Shown: positions 25,301 to 37,200 of the stretch, piece after piece
Numbering within the stretch: the stretch's first letter is position 1
Layout: each line of letters begins with the position of its first letter
The notes under the pieces: generated by a model
What the model was told of the DNA's origin: nothing
Databases searched by the model: none
The model's input: the letters and a program-made list of their open reading frames with translations, nothing else
Translations under genes and position numbers: made by a program
Assembly (NCBI RefSeq): GCF_902713615.1
Contig: NC_052154.1
Location: forward strand, 159,256,754-159,320,753
Reading direction: 5' to 3'
Source of the DNA: Scyliorhinus canicula
Lineage: Eukaryota
DNA: 64,000 bases

Positions 25301-28182
25301 AAAGAATTACAAAGGAACTTTGACCTGCTCTCCACCAGGAAAGCAGTACACCAACTCCGCCAGGCACGCGGGGCCCTATACGAACACGGAGACAAAGCCA
25401 GCCGCCTGTTGGCCCACCAGCTGAGAAAGCAGGCAGCCAGCAGAGAAATTGCGCAAATCAGAGATACCAGAGGCACGTTGGAAACAGAACCAGAGAAGAT
25501 TAACAAAACCTTCAAGGCCTTCTACCAAGAGCTGTACACCTCAGAGCCCCCAACGGGGAAGGCTGGGATGAACCGGTTTCTTGACGGACTGAACATACCA
25601 GTTGTGGGAGAGGGCAGAAAACGGGATCTGGAAGCACCACTAGCACTGGGAGAGATCATGGAGAGCATTAGCTCCATGCAGGCGGGGAAGGCGCCGGGAC
25701 CGGACGGATTCCCGGCGGACTTCTACAAAAAATTTGCGACAGCGCTGGCCCCGCACATGCGGGAGATGTTCACAGACTCGCTAGCTAGGGGCACGTTGCC
25801 ACCCACGTTAGCACAGGCCTCAATCTCGCTGATACCTAAGAAAGACAAAGACCCAACGGAATGTGGGTCATACAGACCCATATCTCTGCTGAATGCAGAC
25901 GCCAAAATACTGGCCAAAATCCTAGCCAAAAGGCTAGAAGACTGTGTACCTGAGGTGGTCACAGAGGACCAGACGGGCTTTGTCAAAGGTAGACAGCTGA
26001 CCGCGAACATCAGGCGCCTGCTGAACGTGATAATGACCCCCTCCGGGGAGAGAACACAAGAGGTGATCGTCTCCCTGGACGCAGAAAAGGCCTTCGACAG
26101 AGTCGAATGGATATACCTCATAGAGGTACTGGAGCGGTTCGGGCTTGGAACAGGGTTCACAGCTTGGGTAAAGCTCCTGTACAACGCTCCCATGGCGAGT
26201 GTACAGACCAACAATACCAACTCCCAATACTTCCAGCTGCACAGGGGCACCAGACAAGGATGCCCACTGTCCCCGCTGCTGTTCGCACTAGCAATCGAAC
26301 CGCTAGCAATCGCGCTCAGGGCAGCAAAAAATTGGAGGGGGATCCGAAGGGGAGGTAGAGAGCACAGAGTCTCACTCTATGCGGATGATCTGCTCCTCTA
26401 TATCTCGGACCCACAAAGCAGCATGGACGGAATCATCGCGCTCCTGAAAGAGTTTGGAGCCTTCTCGGGCTACAAACTCAACATGAGCAAAAGTGAGATC
26501 TTCCCATTACACCCGCAAGGGGGGGGGGGGGGGGCAGCACTAAAGGGGCTGCCGTTCAAACAAGCCCGACATAAATTCCGCTACCTGGGGATCCAAATAG
26601 CCCATGACTGGAAAGGGATCCACAAATGGAACCTCACCAGCCTGACGGAGGAAGTTAAAAAGGACCTGCAAAGATGGAACACACTCCCGCTCTCCCTCGC
26701 GGGGAGAGTTCAGACGATCAAAATGAACGTACTGCCCAGGTTCCTCTTCCTGTTTAGATCCATTCCGATCTACATCCCCAAGGCCTTTTTCAAAGCGCTG
26801 GACAAACTCATCATGGCGTTCGTATGGGGGGGTAAAAATGCTAGGATCCCAAAGAAGGTCTTACAAAAAACAAAAACCAGGGGAGGGTTAGCCCTCCCGA
26901 ATCTACAATTCTACCACTGGGCAGCAACAGCCGAGCGAGTAAGGGGATGGATCCAGGAGCCAGAAGCTGAGTGGGTGCGTGCGGAGGAGGCCTCCTGCAT
27001 GGGAACCTCCCTCCGGGCCCTCGCCACGGCAGCACTCCCATCCCCACCCAAAAAACACTCCAGCAGCCCAGTGGTGACAGCCACCCTCCAATCCTGGAAC
27101 CAACTGCGGCAGCAACTTGGCCTGACCAAAATGTCGAACAGGGCTCCCATCTGCAACAACCATAGGTTCAAACCAGCACTGACCGACGCCACCTTCAAAA
27201 GGTGGAGGCAGGACGGGGGGACACTGACAGTCAGGGACCTATACACGGACGACAGGATCGCAACACTGGACGAACTGACAGAGAAATTTCAGCTAGCTGG
27301 GGGGAACGAGCTACGGTACCTGCAGCTCAAAAACTTCCTACGAAAGGAGACAAGGACGTACCCACAACCGCCACGACAGACACTACTGGAAGACCTACTG
27401 GACGCAAGTATCCTAGAGAAAGGGAACTGTAGTGACATGTATGACCGACTGGTAGATAGGGACGACACCGTACTGGACGCAACAAGGAGGAAATGGGAGG
27501 ACGACCTGGGGATGGAGATCGGGTGGGGACTCTGGAGCGAAGCACTGCATAGGGTCAACTCCACCTCCACGTGCGCAAGGCTCAGCCTGACGCAACTAAA
27601 AGTGGTACATAGAGCCCACTTAACAAGAACCCGTATGAGTAGGTTCTTCCCGGAGGTGGAAGACAGATGTGAACGGTGCCAAAGAGGCCCGGCCAACCAC
27701 GCCCACATGTTCTGGTCCTGCCCCAGACTCGTGGAGTACTGGACAGCCTTCTTCGAGGTAATGTCCAAAGTGGTGGGAGTGAGGGTGGAGCCATGCCCGA
27801 TAGTGGCGGTCTTCGGGGTTTCAGAACAGCCAGATCTATTCCTGGGGAGGAGGGCGGATGCCCTTGCCTTTGCCTCCCTGATCGCCCGCCGTAGAATCCT
27901 GTTTGGCTGGCGGTCAGCAGCACCGCCCAGAGCTGCGGACTGGCTGTCCGACCTCTCGGAATCTCTCCAAATGGAGAAAATCAAATTTGCCATCCGAGGG
28001 TCGGACGACGGCTTCCACAGAACGTGGGAGCCATTCATGCAACTGTTCCGGGACCTATTTGTGGCCAATGTACAAGAGGAAGAATAGTCGGGGGAAGGTA
28101 GCGGGAGGGGGGGGGGGCTACAGGTTCGTTACGGGGGTTCGATGGCTAGCTAAGGCCCAAAACCAAGCTAAATAAACATGTT

Positions 28183-28213
<31 letters not shown>

Positions 28214-31200
28214 GCGCAGTTACTACTACGAAGATGCTTACCTGTAAATATGTATGTTAATTTTTGCGTGTTTGTTTTTGTTTGTTTTTTTTTCTCTCTC
28301 CTAACAATTTGTAATTTGTTCAATATAAAATACGAAAACTGAATAAAAACATTTATAAAAAAAAAAAAAATTCCCTAAACTGTCCAAAGTGACACACAAC
28401 ACCGAGAATGCAGATTTACCTTTATAACGGAACCGCATGTAGAGGAAAATTGCGAGTGCTGTTAGGGCAATAGAAATAATAATGCTTGCAATCACGCTTC
28501 CAACTATTGACGAAGTTGACAGACGAATTTCTGCTTCTGTTAAAAAAAAAGTTACATATTTCTCACACCTAACTTTTTAATTACACCTGTGTAACTGTAT
28601 AAGAGGATCAAGTAGATTAGAGAAACCTATAAAATTCTCACAGGACTAGACAGGGTAGATGCAGGAAGGATGTTCCCGATGATGGGTTCGTCCAGAACCA
28701 GGGATCACAATCTAAGGATATGGGGTAGACCATTTTAAGAAAGAGATGAGGAGTAATTTCTTCACCCAGAGAGTGGTGAGCCTGTGGAATCCGTTACCAC
28801 AGGAAGTAGTTGAGGCCATAACATTGTATGTTTTCAAGAAGCAGTTACATATAGCACTTAGGGCGAAGGGAATCAAAGGATATGGAGTGAAAGCGGGATT
28901 AAGCTATTGAGTTCGATGATCGGCCTTGATCATAATGAATGGCGGAGCAGGATCGAAGGGCCAAATGGCCTTCTCCTGTTCCTGTTTTATATGTAAAAAA
29001 TAATTTGTTCATGCAATGAACTGGAAAACTACAATCAATTAAACTTTCTCAAGAATCATGCAGTCATCAAGGCACATCGGAAGGTCAGAAATACATGTTT
29101 GAGGTTAAACATTCTCAAGAATCTTGCAATCAAGGCACATCTGAAGGTCAGAAATAGATGCTTGGTATGGAAACGGTGTTCAGCTTATTCGATGAAACAC
29201 AAATCTCATGAATGAATTCAATAAACCTCCCACAACATACTCGTAACACAAGAATTATTCACAATATACATGCCATCTAATTTGTTCACATCAATAGAAA
29301 GAAGTTGATTGGTGTTGATATGCAACTCCATTAAAAATGTTTTGTCAAAATATATCTTAATAAGACAGTTCAAAAGTCAATAGCTGTCAGTATCAAACAA
29401 ATCCATCTAAAAGTTTCTGATTTAATTGTTTCCCCAAGTTAAAACTGCAGTATATTGTAATGTGGGGAGATGGTGGCATAGTGTTATTGTCACTGAGTTA
29501 GTAATCCAGACAGCCAAGAACAAGAACAAAGAAAAGTATTGCACAGGAACAGGTCCTTCGGCCCCCCCAAGCCTGCGCCGACCATGCTGCCTGTCTAATC
29601 TAAAATCTTCTACACTTCCGGGGTCCGTATCCCTCTATTCCCATCCTATTCATGCATTTGTCAAGATGCCCCTTAAACGTCACTATCGTCCCTGCTCCCA
29701 CCACCTCCTCCGGTAGCGAGTTCCAGGCACCCACTACCCTCTGTGTAAAAAAACTTGCCTCGTACATCTTCTCTAAACCTTGCCCCTCGCACCTTAAACC
29801 TATTCCCCCTAGTAATTGACCCCTCTACCCTGGGAAAAAGTCTCTGACTATCCACTCTGTCTATGCCCCTCATAGTTTTGTAGACCTCTACCAGGTCACC
29901 CCTCAACCTCCGTCGTTCCAGTGAGAACAAACCAAGTTTATTCAACCTCTCCTCATAGCTAATGCCTTCCATACCAGGCAACATCCTGGTAAATCTCATC
30001 TGCACCCTCTCTAAAGCCTCCACATCCTTCTGGTAGTGTGGCGACCAGAATTGAAAACTATACCCCAAGTGTGGCCTAACTAAGGTTCTATACAGCTGCA
30101 ACATGACTTGCCAATTTTTATACGCGGCTAATGAAGGCAAGCATGGCGTATGCCATCTTGACTACCTTCTCCACCTGTGTTGCTCCTTTCAGTGACCTGT
30201 GGACCTGTACACCAAGATCTCTCTTACTGTCAATACTCTTGAGGGTTCTACCATTCACTGTATATTCCCTACCTGTATAGACCTTCCAGAATGCATTACC
30301 TCACATTTGTCCGGATTAAACTCCATCATATCAAGGTAATGCACTGGGGTCCCAGGCTCGAATCCCACCATGGCAGATGGAGAAATTTGAATTCAATAAA
30401 AATCTGGAATCAAAAGTCTAATGATGACCATTGTCGTAAAAACCCATCTGGTTCAGTAATGTCCTTCAGGTAAGGAAATCTGCCGTCCTTACCCGGTCAG
30501 GCCTACATGTGACTCCAGACCCACAAAGCGATGCAGTTGACTCTCAACTGCTCCCCACTGAAATGGCCTAGCAAGCCAGGCAATTAGGGATGGGGAACAA
30601 ATGCTGGTTCAGCCAGCGACGCCCACATGCCAAGAACGAATAATACATATTGGTTCACACTGAAGTGTTTTTCAATACAAAGTTAAGGAAAGATTTGCAT
30701 TGTCACCACAACTGACCTTTCAAAGTCACGGAGGCTTGAACCAAGTATGGCTCTGAAAATGTCTTGTGTGTGACACGACATTCAAAAGTGCTGCCAATGT
30801 CTTCTACATGAGGTTCCAATCTAACTTCAGTGATTACGTTGCAGGTTCCATCAGGGTTTTTGACTGTTGGGGCGATGCAAATGTCAGTTAATAATTTTCT
30901 TTCTTCTTGCGATGGAGTTGACTGAAACCATTCAGCATTGCTTTCACAAGGATAGTAGCCACTTAACTGACAACCCAAGGCCATCTCTCCACCTGTGCCA
31001 ACTTCCACAACTTTTTCTGAAACCACAGTTACGATGGGACGTGCTGCCAAGATAAACAGGTTTGTTAGCGTCACTAATAATTCTGGCTATACTTCAAAAG
31101 TAACGTGGAGCATGCCAACATAAGTTAGTGAATTAGTGAAGTTAGACATTATTAGATATATATACTAAACATATAGATATTAAAAATCATTCGTAAATGG

Positions 31201-34200
31201 AATGGTGCCAGAGGACTAGAGGGCAACTGGTGTTGATTCCTATGCTTAAAAAGAGAATTGAACACATGGCCGAATGGATGGCCAAACAGAAAGCCTAGCT
31301 AGTGTAGAGGTTAGGGGTAACTAATCAGACTGGCAAAAGGTAGGACCGCTTTGTTCACCATTTACATTAACAGTTTGGACTCTGGAATCAAAGTACAATT
31401 CCAAACCCGCATAAGACAGCAAATTGGAGGCTGGACGTGTCCATGATTCATAAGGATGATCCAGAACTGCAAGGTTATAGTTATCAAGAAAGACTTACAA
31501 GTTGGGGGTCTTTTCTCTTGGATCGAGAAGCTGAAGGGGACCTGCTGGTTTGGCTACAACGTAACAAAAAGGTTTCATGACCAGTTGGACCAAAATGCTT
31601 TTTGCTATATCGCAGACTCAATATAACTGAATGAATGTGACATATTCCGGAGGTAAAAGGAGGTGTACAAATGCAAGTTCTTCCTTTCTTAACACAGAGT
31701 AGCATATACATTTCAGAGAAGCCTGACGATGTATGTGGGAACAATTAACCGGTTTCAGTTCCACATGCAAAAAATATATAAGCAGTTCTTATAGATAAAT
31801 CATATTTAACAGCATATATTTGTGTATTATTTACTTCTCAAAATGCTGCCTTACAAGACCAACACTTTCAATTTGTACTCTTGCTATTGATTTAACTAAC
31901 TAATGATGTATAATGTATTTAAGTTAAATAGTTTGATACCAACATGTTTATCTGTATTTTTGAGAACTACGACTCAGGATAAATGTGGCCAAGCTGTGAA
32001 GTTTACATTGATCTTACTCTGGGTTAGTTATAGTTAATTGCATATACCTGGACCAGACCCCAGAATTTTGAATTGGAAAAGAGAAGCTCCAGCATTCGTA
32101 CAAATACACTGTATAAAACCATAATCAAGCAATTTATTTTTACATTTCCTTCGTTCCATTATTAGAATTTAGAAAACATCAAGCAAATAAGAGCTCTATT
32201 AATCTGGTTGATTCCCTGAGAGAGCTCTGCCTTCAGAGAAACAGAACATTGACTTGGTTTCTCTCTCCTCAAACTTGAATTTATCCAGCAGTTTTTGTTT
32301 TAATTTCAGACTTCCCGCATGCACAGTATTTTGCTTTTATTTTAATTGAGCTCTGCATGGCTAACTGGTCAGGATTTTTTATAAATTTTTATTGTTGTAT
32401 CAAGATTACAGTGTGCCGGAAGGAACAGATCTTCATGGGTGTGGAAGTGAAGGTAAAGGAAAACTGCTCAAAAAAGCCTCCTCCTACATCTGCTGGGATG
32501 AAAGCTGTCTGAATACTTCCCAAACTTTAATTTTAATGCTGCTTTCTTGATTATAGAATTAATAGTGAGTTTCACCCACTTTATTTCCCACTAACTCATG
32601 CAACTTACCCTATTTGCTACCTTTGATTAGTCCTTTCAGTGATCAACCGTGAGACTTTACTGTGCATTACATGGATAAACTGCTTCCAACATGTAAATGA
32701 AGTCCAGAACACAGCTTCTCAACACATAACAATGGCCCAATAATGCAAGTACACAAATTAGGTCAGAAAGCACAGGGAGGCACATTGGTTAGCACTGCTG
32801 CCTCACGGCACCGAGGACCCGGGGTCGGGATCAACCCCGGGTCACTATCCGTGTGGAATTGGCACATTCTCCCCGTGTCTGCGTCGATCTCACCCCCACA
32901 ACCCAAAAAGACGTGCAGCGTAGGTGGGTTGGCCACGTTAAATTGCCCCTTGATTGGAAAAAATAAATTGGGTAGTCGAAATTCATTTTAAAAAAGAGAA
33001 ATTATTAAACACCAGATGCAATCTATTTATTTTATAAATTATTCTGATGAAAGGTCATCGAGCTGAAACTTTAACTCTGCTTTCTCTCCACAGATTTGCC
33101 TAACCTGAGGATTTCCAGCATCTGCAGCAGTTTGCTTTTGTAATTAAGGGCATTCCCTCTACAAGATTAAGCTTCCGAAAGTTAGAAAGACGACTGCAAG
33201 TTATAAATGACAGTAACTGCAATAAGTCAGCTTACCTAAAACCTCGAGCTTCACTGTCTGAGAGGCCTTATTATTTGGTGGAATAACAACTTCACATTTA
33301 TACTGTCCAGTGTGTTTAAATGTGACATGTCTTAGCAACAGTGACATGTTTCCATTTAGAATGGAGCTTTCCAAAATATCGGCTTCCGGCCATGCCTCCT
33401 GTACATCTCCCGACGTGTAGGAATAGACTGTTGATGCTTCAGTGCCACGGGTGACAGTCCACAAAACGCCCAAATTCTTCGATTCCAATGTAGCCCCAAT
33501 GAGTTCAGAGATTTCGCACAGCAGCAGACTATTTTCATTATAAATTACTTCCACTGGACTTTGACTCACTTTCAACTTCAACTTGCTTTCTGCAGATTTA
33601 ATAAGAACAGATAATGTCAAAAGACCATTCCATCTTAACAGCTCTACTTCGGCCCCCTGCCACATTTCTTAATCTAACCTTCTATTCCTCCCTTCCTCGT
33701 GTATTTATCCAACCCATTCCAATGCTCTCCTGGTCAGTCTCCCATCTTCCAACCTTCCTAAACTTCAGCTCATTCTGAATTTTACTGCCCGCATCCTACA
33801 CATCAAATTGCGGGGTCAGTTAGCTCAGTTGGCTGGGCGGCGGATTCATGATGCGGTGCAACAGCGCGGGTTCAATTCCCATAAGGGAAGTGGCAACATC
33901 TACATTTACTCATCAAATCCGTTTTATCTAACCTGACCCCTGTGCTTGCTGACCTACACTGGTCCCACAAGACAAAATATTCTCCTCATTATTTTCAAAT
34001 CCTCCCGGGGCCTTCCTATCTCTGTAATCTTCCCAAACTCTGACAGCCTCCAAGTTTTTTTTAAAATAATTTTTATTGGAATTTTTTGAAAAATATATAT
34101 CAACAAAATAATAACAACAATAATAGTAATAAACACCCCCCCCCCCCCCCCCGGCACCCGTAACAACGCATATAACAAACCCCCCCACCCGCCCCAACCC

Positions 34201-37200
34201 CAATAAACAGCAAGATAAATTAACAATAAGCAAATTAACTTAAACACTATCCCCCTAAACCCCCCCTCCCTCCCTTTCCCCCCTCCCTCTCTTTCCCCCC
34301 TCCCTCTCTTTCCCCCCCCTCCCTCTCTTTCCCCCCCCCCCTCCCTCTCTTTCCCCCACCCTCCCTCTCTCTCCCCCCTCCGGACTCCCTCCCTCTCTCC
34401 CTTTCTTCCCCCCTCCCTCCCTTCCCCCCCCTCCCTTTTCCCCCTCCCTCCCTCCCTTTCCCCCCCTCCCTTCCCCCCCTCTCTCCCTTTCCCCCCTCCC
34501 TTCCCTCCTCCCCCCTCTCCTCCTCTCCCCCCCTCCTCCCCTCCCCTCCCTCTCCCCCTCCCCTCTCTTCCCCCTCTCTTCCCCCCTCCCCCTACCCCCC
34601 TCTTCCCCTCCCCCCTCCCTCCCCTCTTTNNNNNNNNNNNNNNNNNNNNNNNNNNNNNNNNNNNNNNNNNNNNNNNNNNNNNNNNNNNNNNNNNNNNNNN
34701 NNNNNNNNNNNNNNNNNNNNNNNNNNNNNNNNNNNNNNNNNNNNNNNNNNNNNNNNNNNNNNNNNNNNNNNNNNNNNNNNTTCCCCCCCCCTCCCCCTTC
34801 CCCCCTCCCCTCCCCAAATTTTGAGGGTAGCCGTTACCACCGGGCTCGTAGTGTACCTCGTTGGAGGGAGCCGCAGCAGCACCGTTACCAGTGCCTTCAG
34901 GCTCGTGCCTCCACAGGACGCCATCTCCATCCGTTTCCATGCTGCCCCCTCCCCATCCATTACCCACTTACGTACCAGCGAGACATTAGCCGCCCAATAG
35001 TACCCAGAGAGGTTGGGCAGCGCCAGCCCCCTCTATCCCTGCCCCGCTCCAAAAAGACCCTCCTTACCCTCGGAGTCCCGTGCGCCCAAACAAATCCCAG
35101 AATGCTGCTGTTCATCCTCCTAAAAAGCCCCTCGGAACAAAAATGGGGAGGCACTGAAACAAAAAAAACCTAGGGAGCACCGTCATTTTAACGGACTGTA
35201 CTCTACCCGCCAACGACAACATGTCCCACCATTTAAATTCCTCCTCCATCTGCTCCACCAACCTAATAAAATTGAGCTTGTGCAGAGTCCCCCAGCTCCT
35301 AGCCACCTGAACCCCCAGGTACCTAAAATTCCTCACTGCCCTCTTTGGCGGGAGCCTACCAATCCCCTCCTCCTGATCTCCCGGGTGTACGACAAACAGC
35401 TCACTCTTGCCCAGGTTCACTTTATATCCCGAGAAACTCCCGAACTCAGCAAGAATCTCCATCACCTCCGGCATTCCCCCCCCACGGGGTCTGCTACATA
35501 CAACAGCAAGTCGTCCGAATACAGCGACACTCGGTGTTCCTCCCCACCTCGCACCAAAACCCTCCAACTCCTCGACTCCCTGAGAGCCATAGCAAGAGGC
35601 TCAATTGCCAGCGCAAAAAGCAAGGGGGACAGGGGGCACCCCTGCCTCGTCCCACGGTGGAGCCTGTAGTACTCGGACCTCTTCCCATTTGTCGCTACAC
35701 TCGCCATCGGGGCCACGTACAGCAACCTCACCCATTTAATAAACCCCACCCCAAACCCGAACCTCTCCAATACCTCCCACAAGTACCCCCACTCAACCCT
35801 GTCAGTCAAAGGCCTTCTCCGCATCCAATGCCACCACAATCTCCGCCTCTCCTTCTGCTGCCGGCATCGTTATCACATTTAGCAGCCTTCGCACGTTAGC
35901 GTTCAGCTGCCTCCCCTTCACAAAACCCATCTGATCTTCATGTACCACCCCCGGCACCCAGTCCTCTATTCTAGTGGCCAAGATCTTCGCCAGCAACTTG
36001 GCGTCTACATTCAGCAGTGAAATCGACCTGTATGATCCGCACTGCAAGGGGTCCTTATCACACTTCAGGATCAGGGAGATTAGCGCCCGAGACATCGTCG
36101 GGGGCAGAACACCCCCCCTCCCATGTCTCGTTGAAGGTCCTAACCAAAAGGGGGCCCAGCAGGTCGGCATATTTCTTATAAATTTCAACCGGGAACCCAT
36201 CCGGTCCCGGTGCCTTCCCCGACTGCATGTGGCCAATCCCACTGACCAGCTCCTCCAACTCGATCGGCGCCCCCGGTCCCTCCACCTGCTATGCCTGCAC
36301 CCTTGGAAGTCGGAGCCTGTCCAAAAAACTCTCCATTCCCCCTCCCACCACCGGCAGCTCCGACCGGCACAGTTCCCTATAAAAGTCCCTAAAGAACTCA
36401 TTGACCTCTGCCCCCTGCCGCACCACATTTCCAACTCTATCCTTCACTCCACCAATCTCCCTAGCCGTGTCCCGCTTACGAAGCTGATGCGCCAGCATCC
36501 TGCTCGCCTTCTCTCCATACTCATAGACCGCTCCCTGCGCCTTCCTCCACTGAGTCTCCGCCTTTCTGGTGGTCAATAAATCAAACATGGCCTGCAAGCT
36601 ACGCCGCTCCCCCAGCAATCCCTCCTCCGGGGCCTCCGCGTACCTCCTATCCACACTCAACAGCTCCTCCACCAGTCTCTCCCTCCTCTCCCTATGGGCT
36701 CGGATGGAGATCAGCTCCTCCCTAATCACTGCCTTCAGAGCCTCCTACACCATCCCCACCTGGACCTCCCCAGTATCATTGACCTCAAGGTACCTCTCAA
36801 TACATCCCCGAATCCTCCTACACACCTCCTCATCAGCCAACAACCCCACGTCCAGACGCCAAAGCGGGCGCTGGTCCCGCACCTCTCCCATCTCCAGATC
36901 CACCCAATGCGGAGCGGCAACATGCCGAACTTCACCTGCTTTCCATGGTCCGAAATCGCAATAGCCGCATACTCGGCCTCCTCCAACTTCGGGACCAGTC
37001 CCCTACTCAAAACAAAGAAATCAATTCGGGAATAAACCCTGTGCACATGGGAGAAAAAGGAGTACTCCCGAGCCCTCGGCCTCCCGAACCTCCAGGGATC
37101 CACGCCTCCCATCTGGTCCATAAACCCCCTCAACACCTTGGCCGCCGCCGGCCTCCTGTCTGTCCTTGAACTAGGACGATCCAGTAGGGGATCCAGCACC

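Larger units (their letters stand above)
21215..28369 (+). mobile_element. Full-length young L1-clade LINE with 14-bp TSD and poly(A)
   Basis: TSD attccctaaactgt at 21201-21214 and 28370-28383. 5' end gacttgacttccggg, GC-rich tandem-repeat 5'UTR, ORF1, ORF2, AATAAA at 28342-28347, A-tail. Confidence 0.95.

Noticed and set aside
237-33589. Rearranging Ig heavy chain (IgM/IgW/IgNAR) or TCR locus
   Set aside because: The V exon is complete through the G strand and ends in a splice donor. No RSS heptamer/nonamer or D/J segments were seen, there is no FGxG/WGxG J motif, and the TM follows the first C domain.
33810-33890. tRNA-like sequence (also at about 21030-21080 and in SINE heads)
   Set aside because: Box A/B-like motifs are present but there is no complete cloverleaf or matching acceptor stem; these are SINE heads.
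33954-34967. 337-aa Gly/Glu/Arg-rich ORF
   Set aside because: It is a low-complexity purine tract spanning an N gap.
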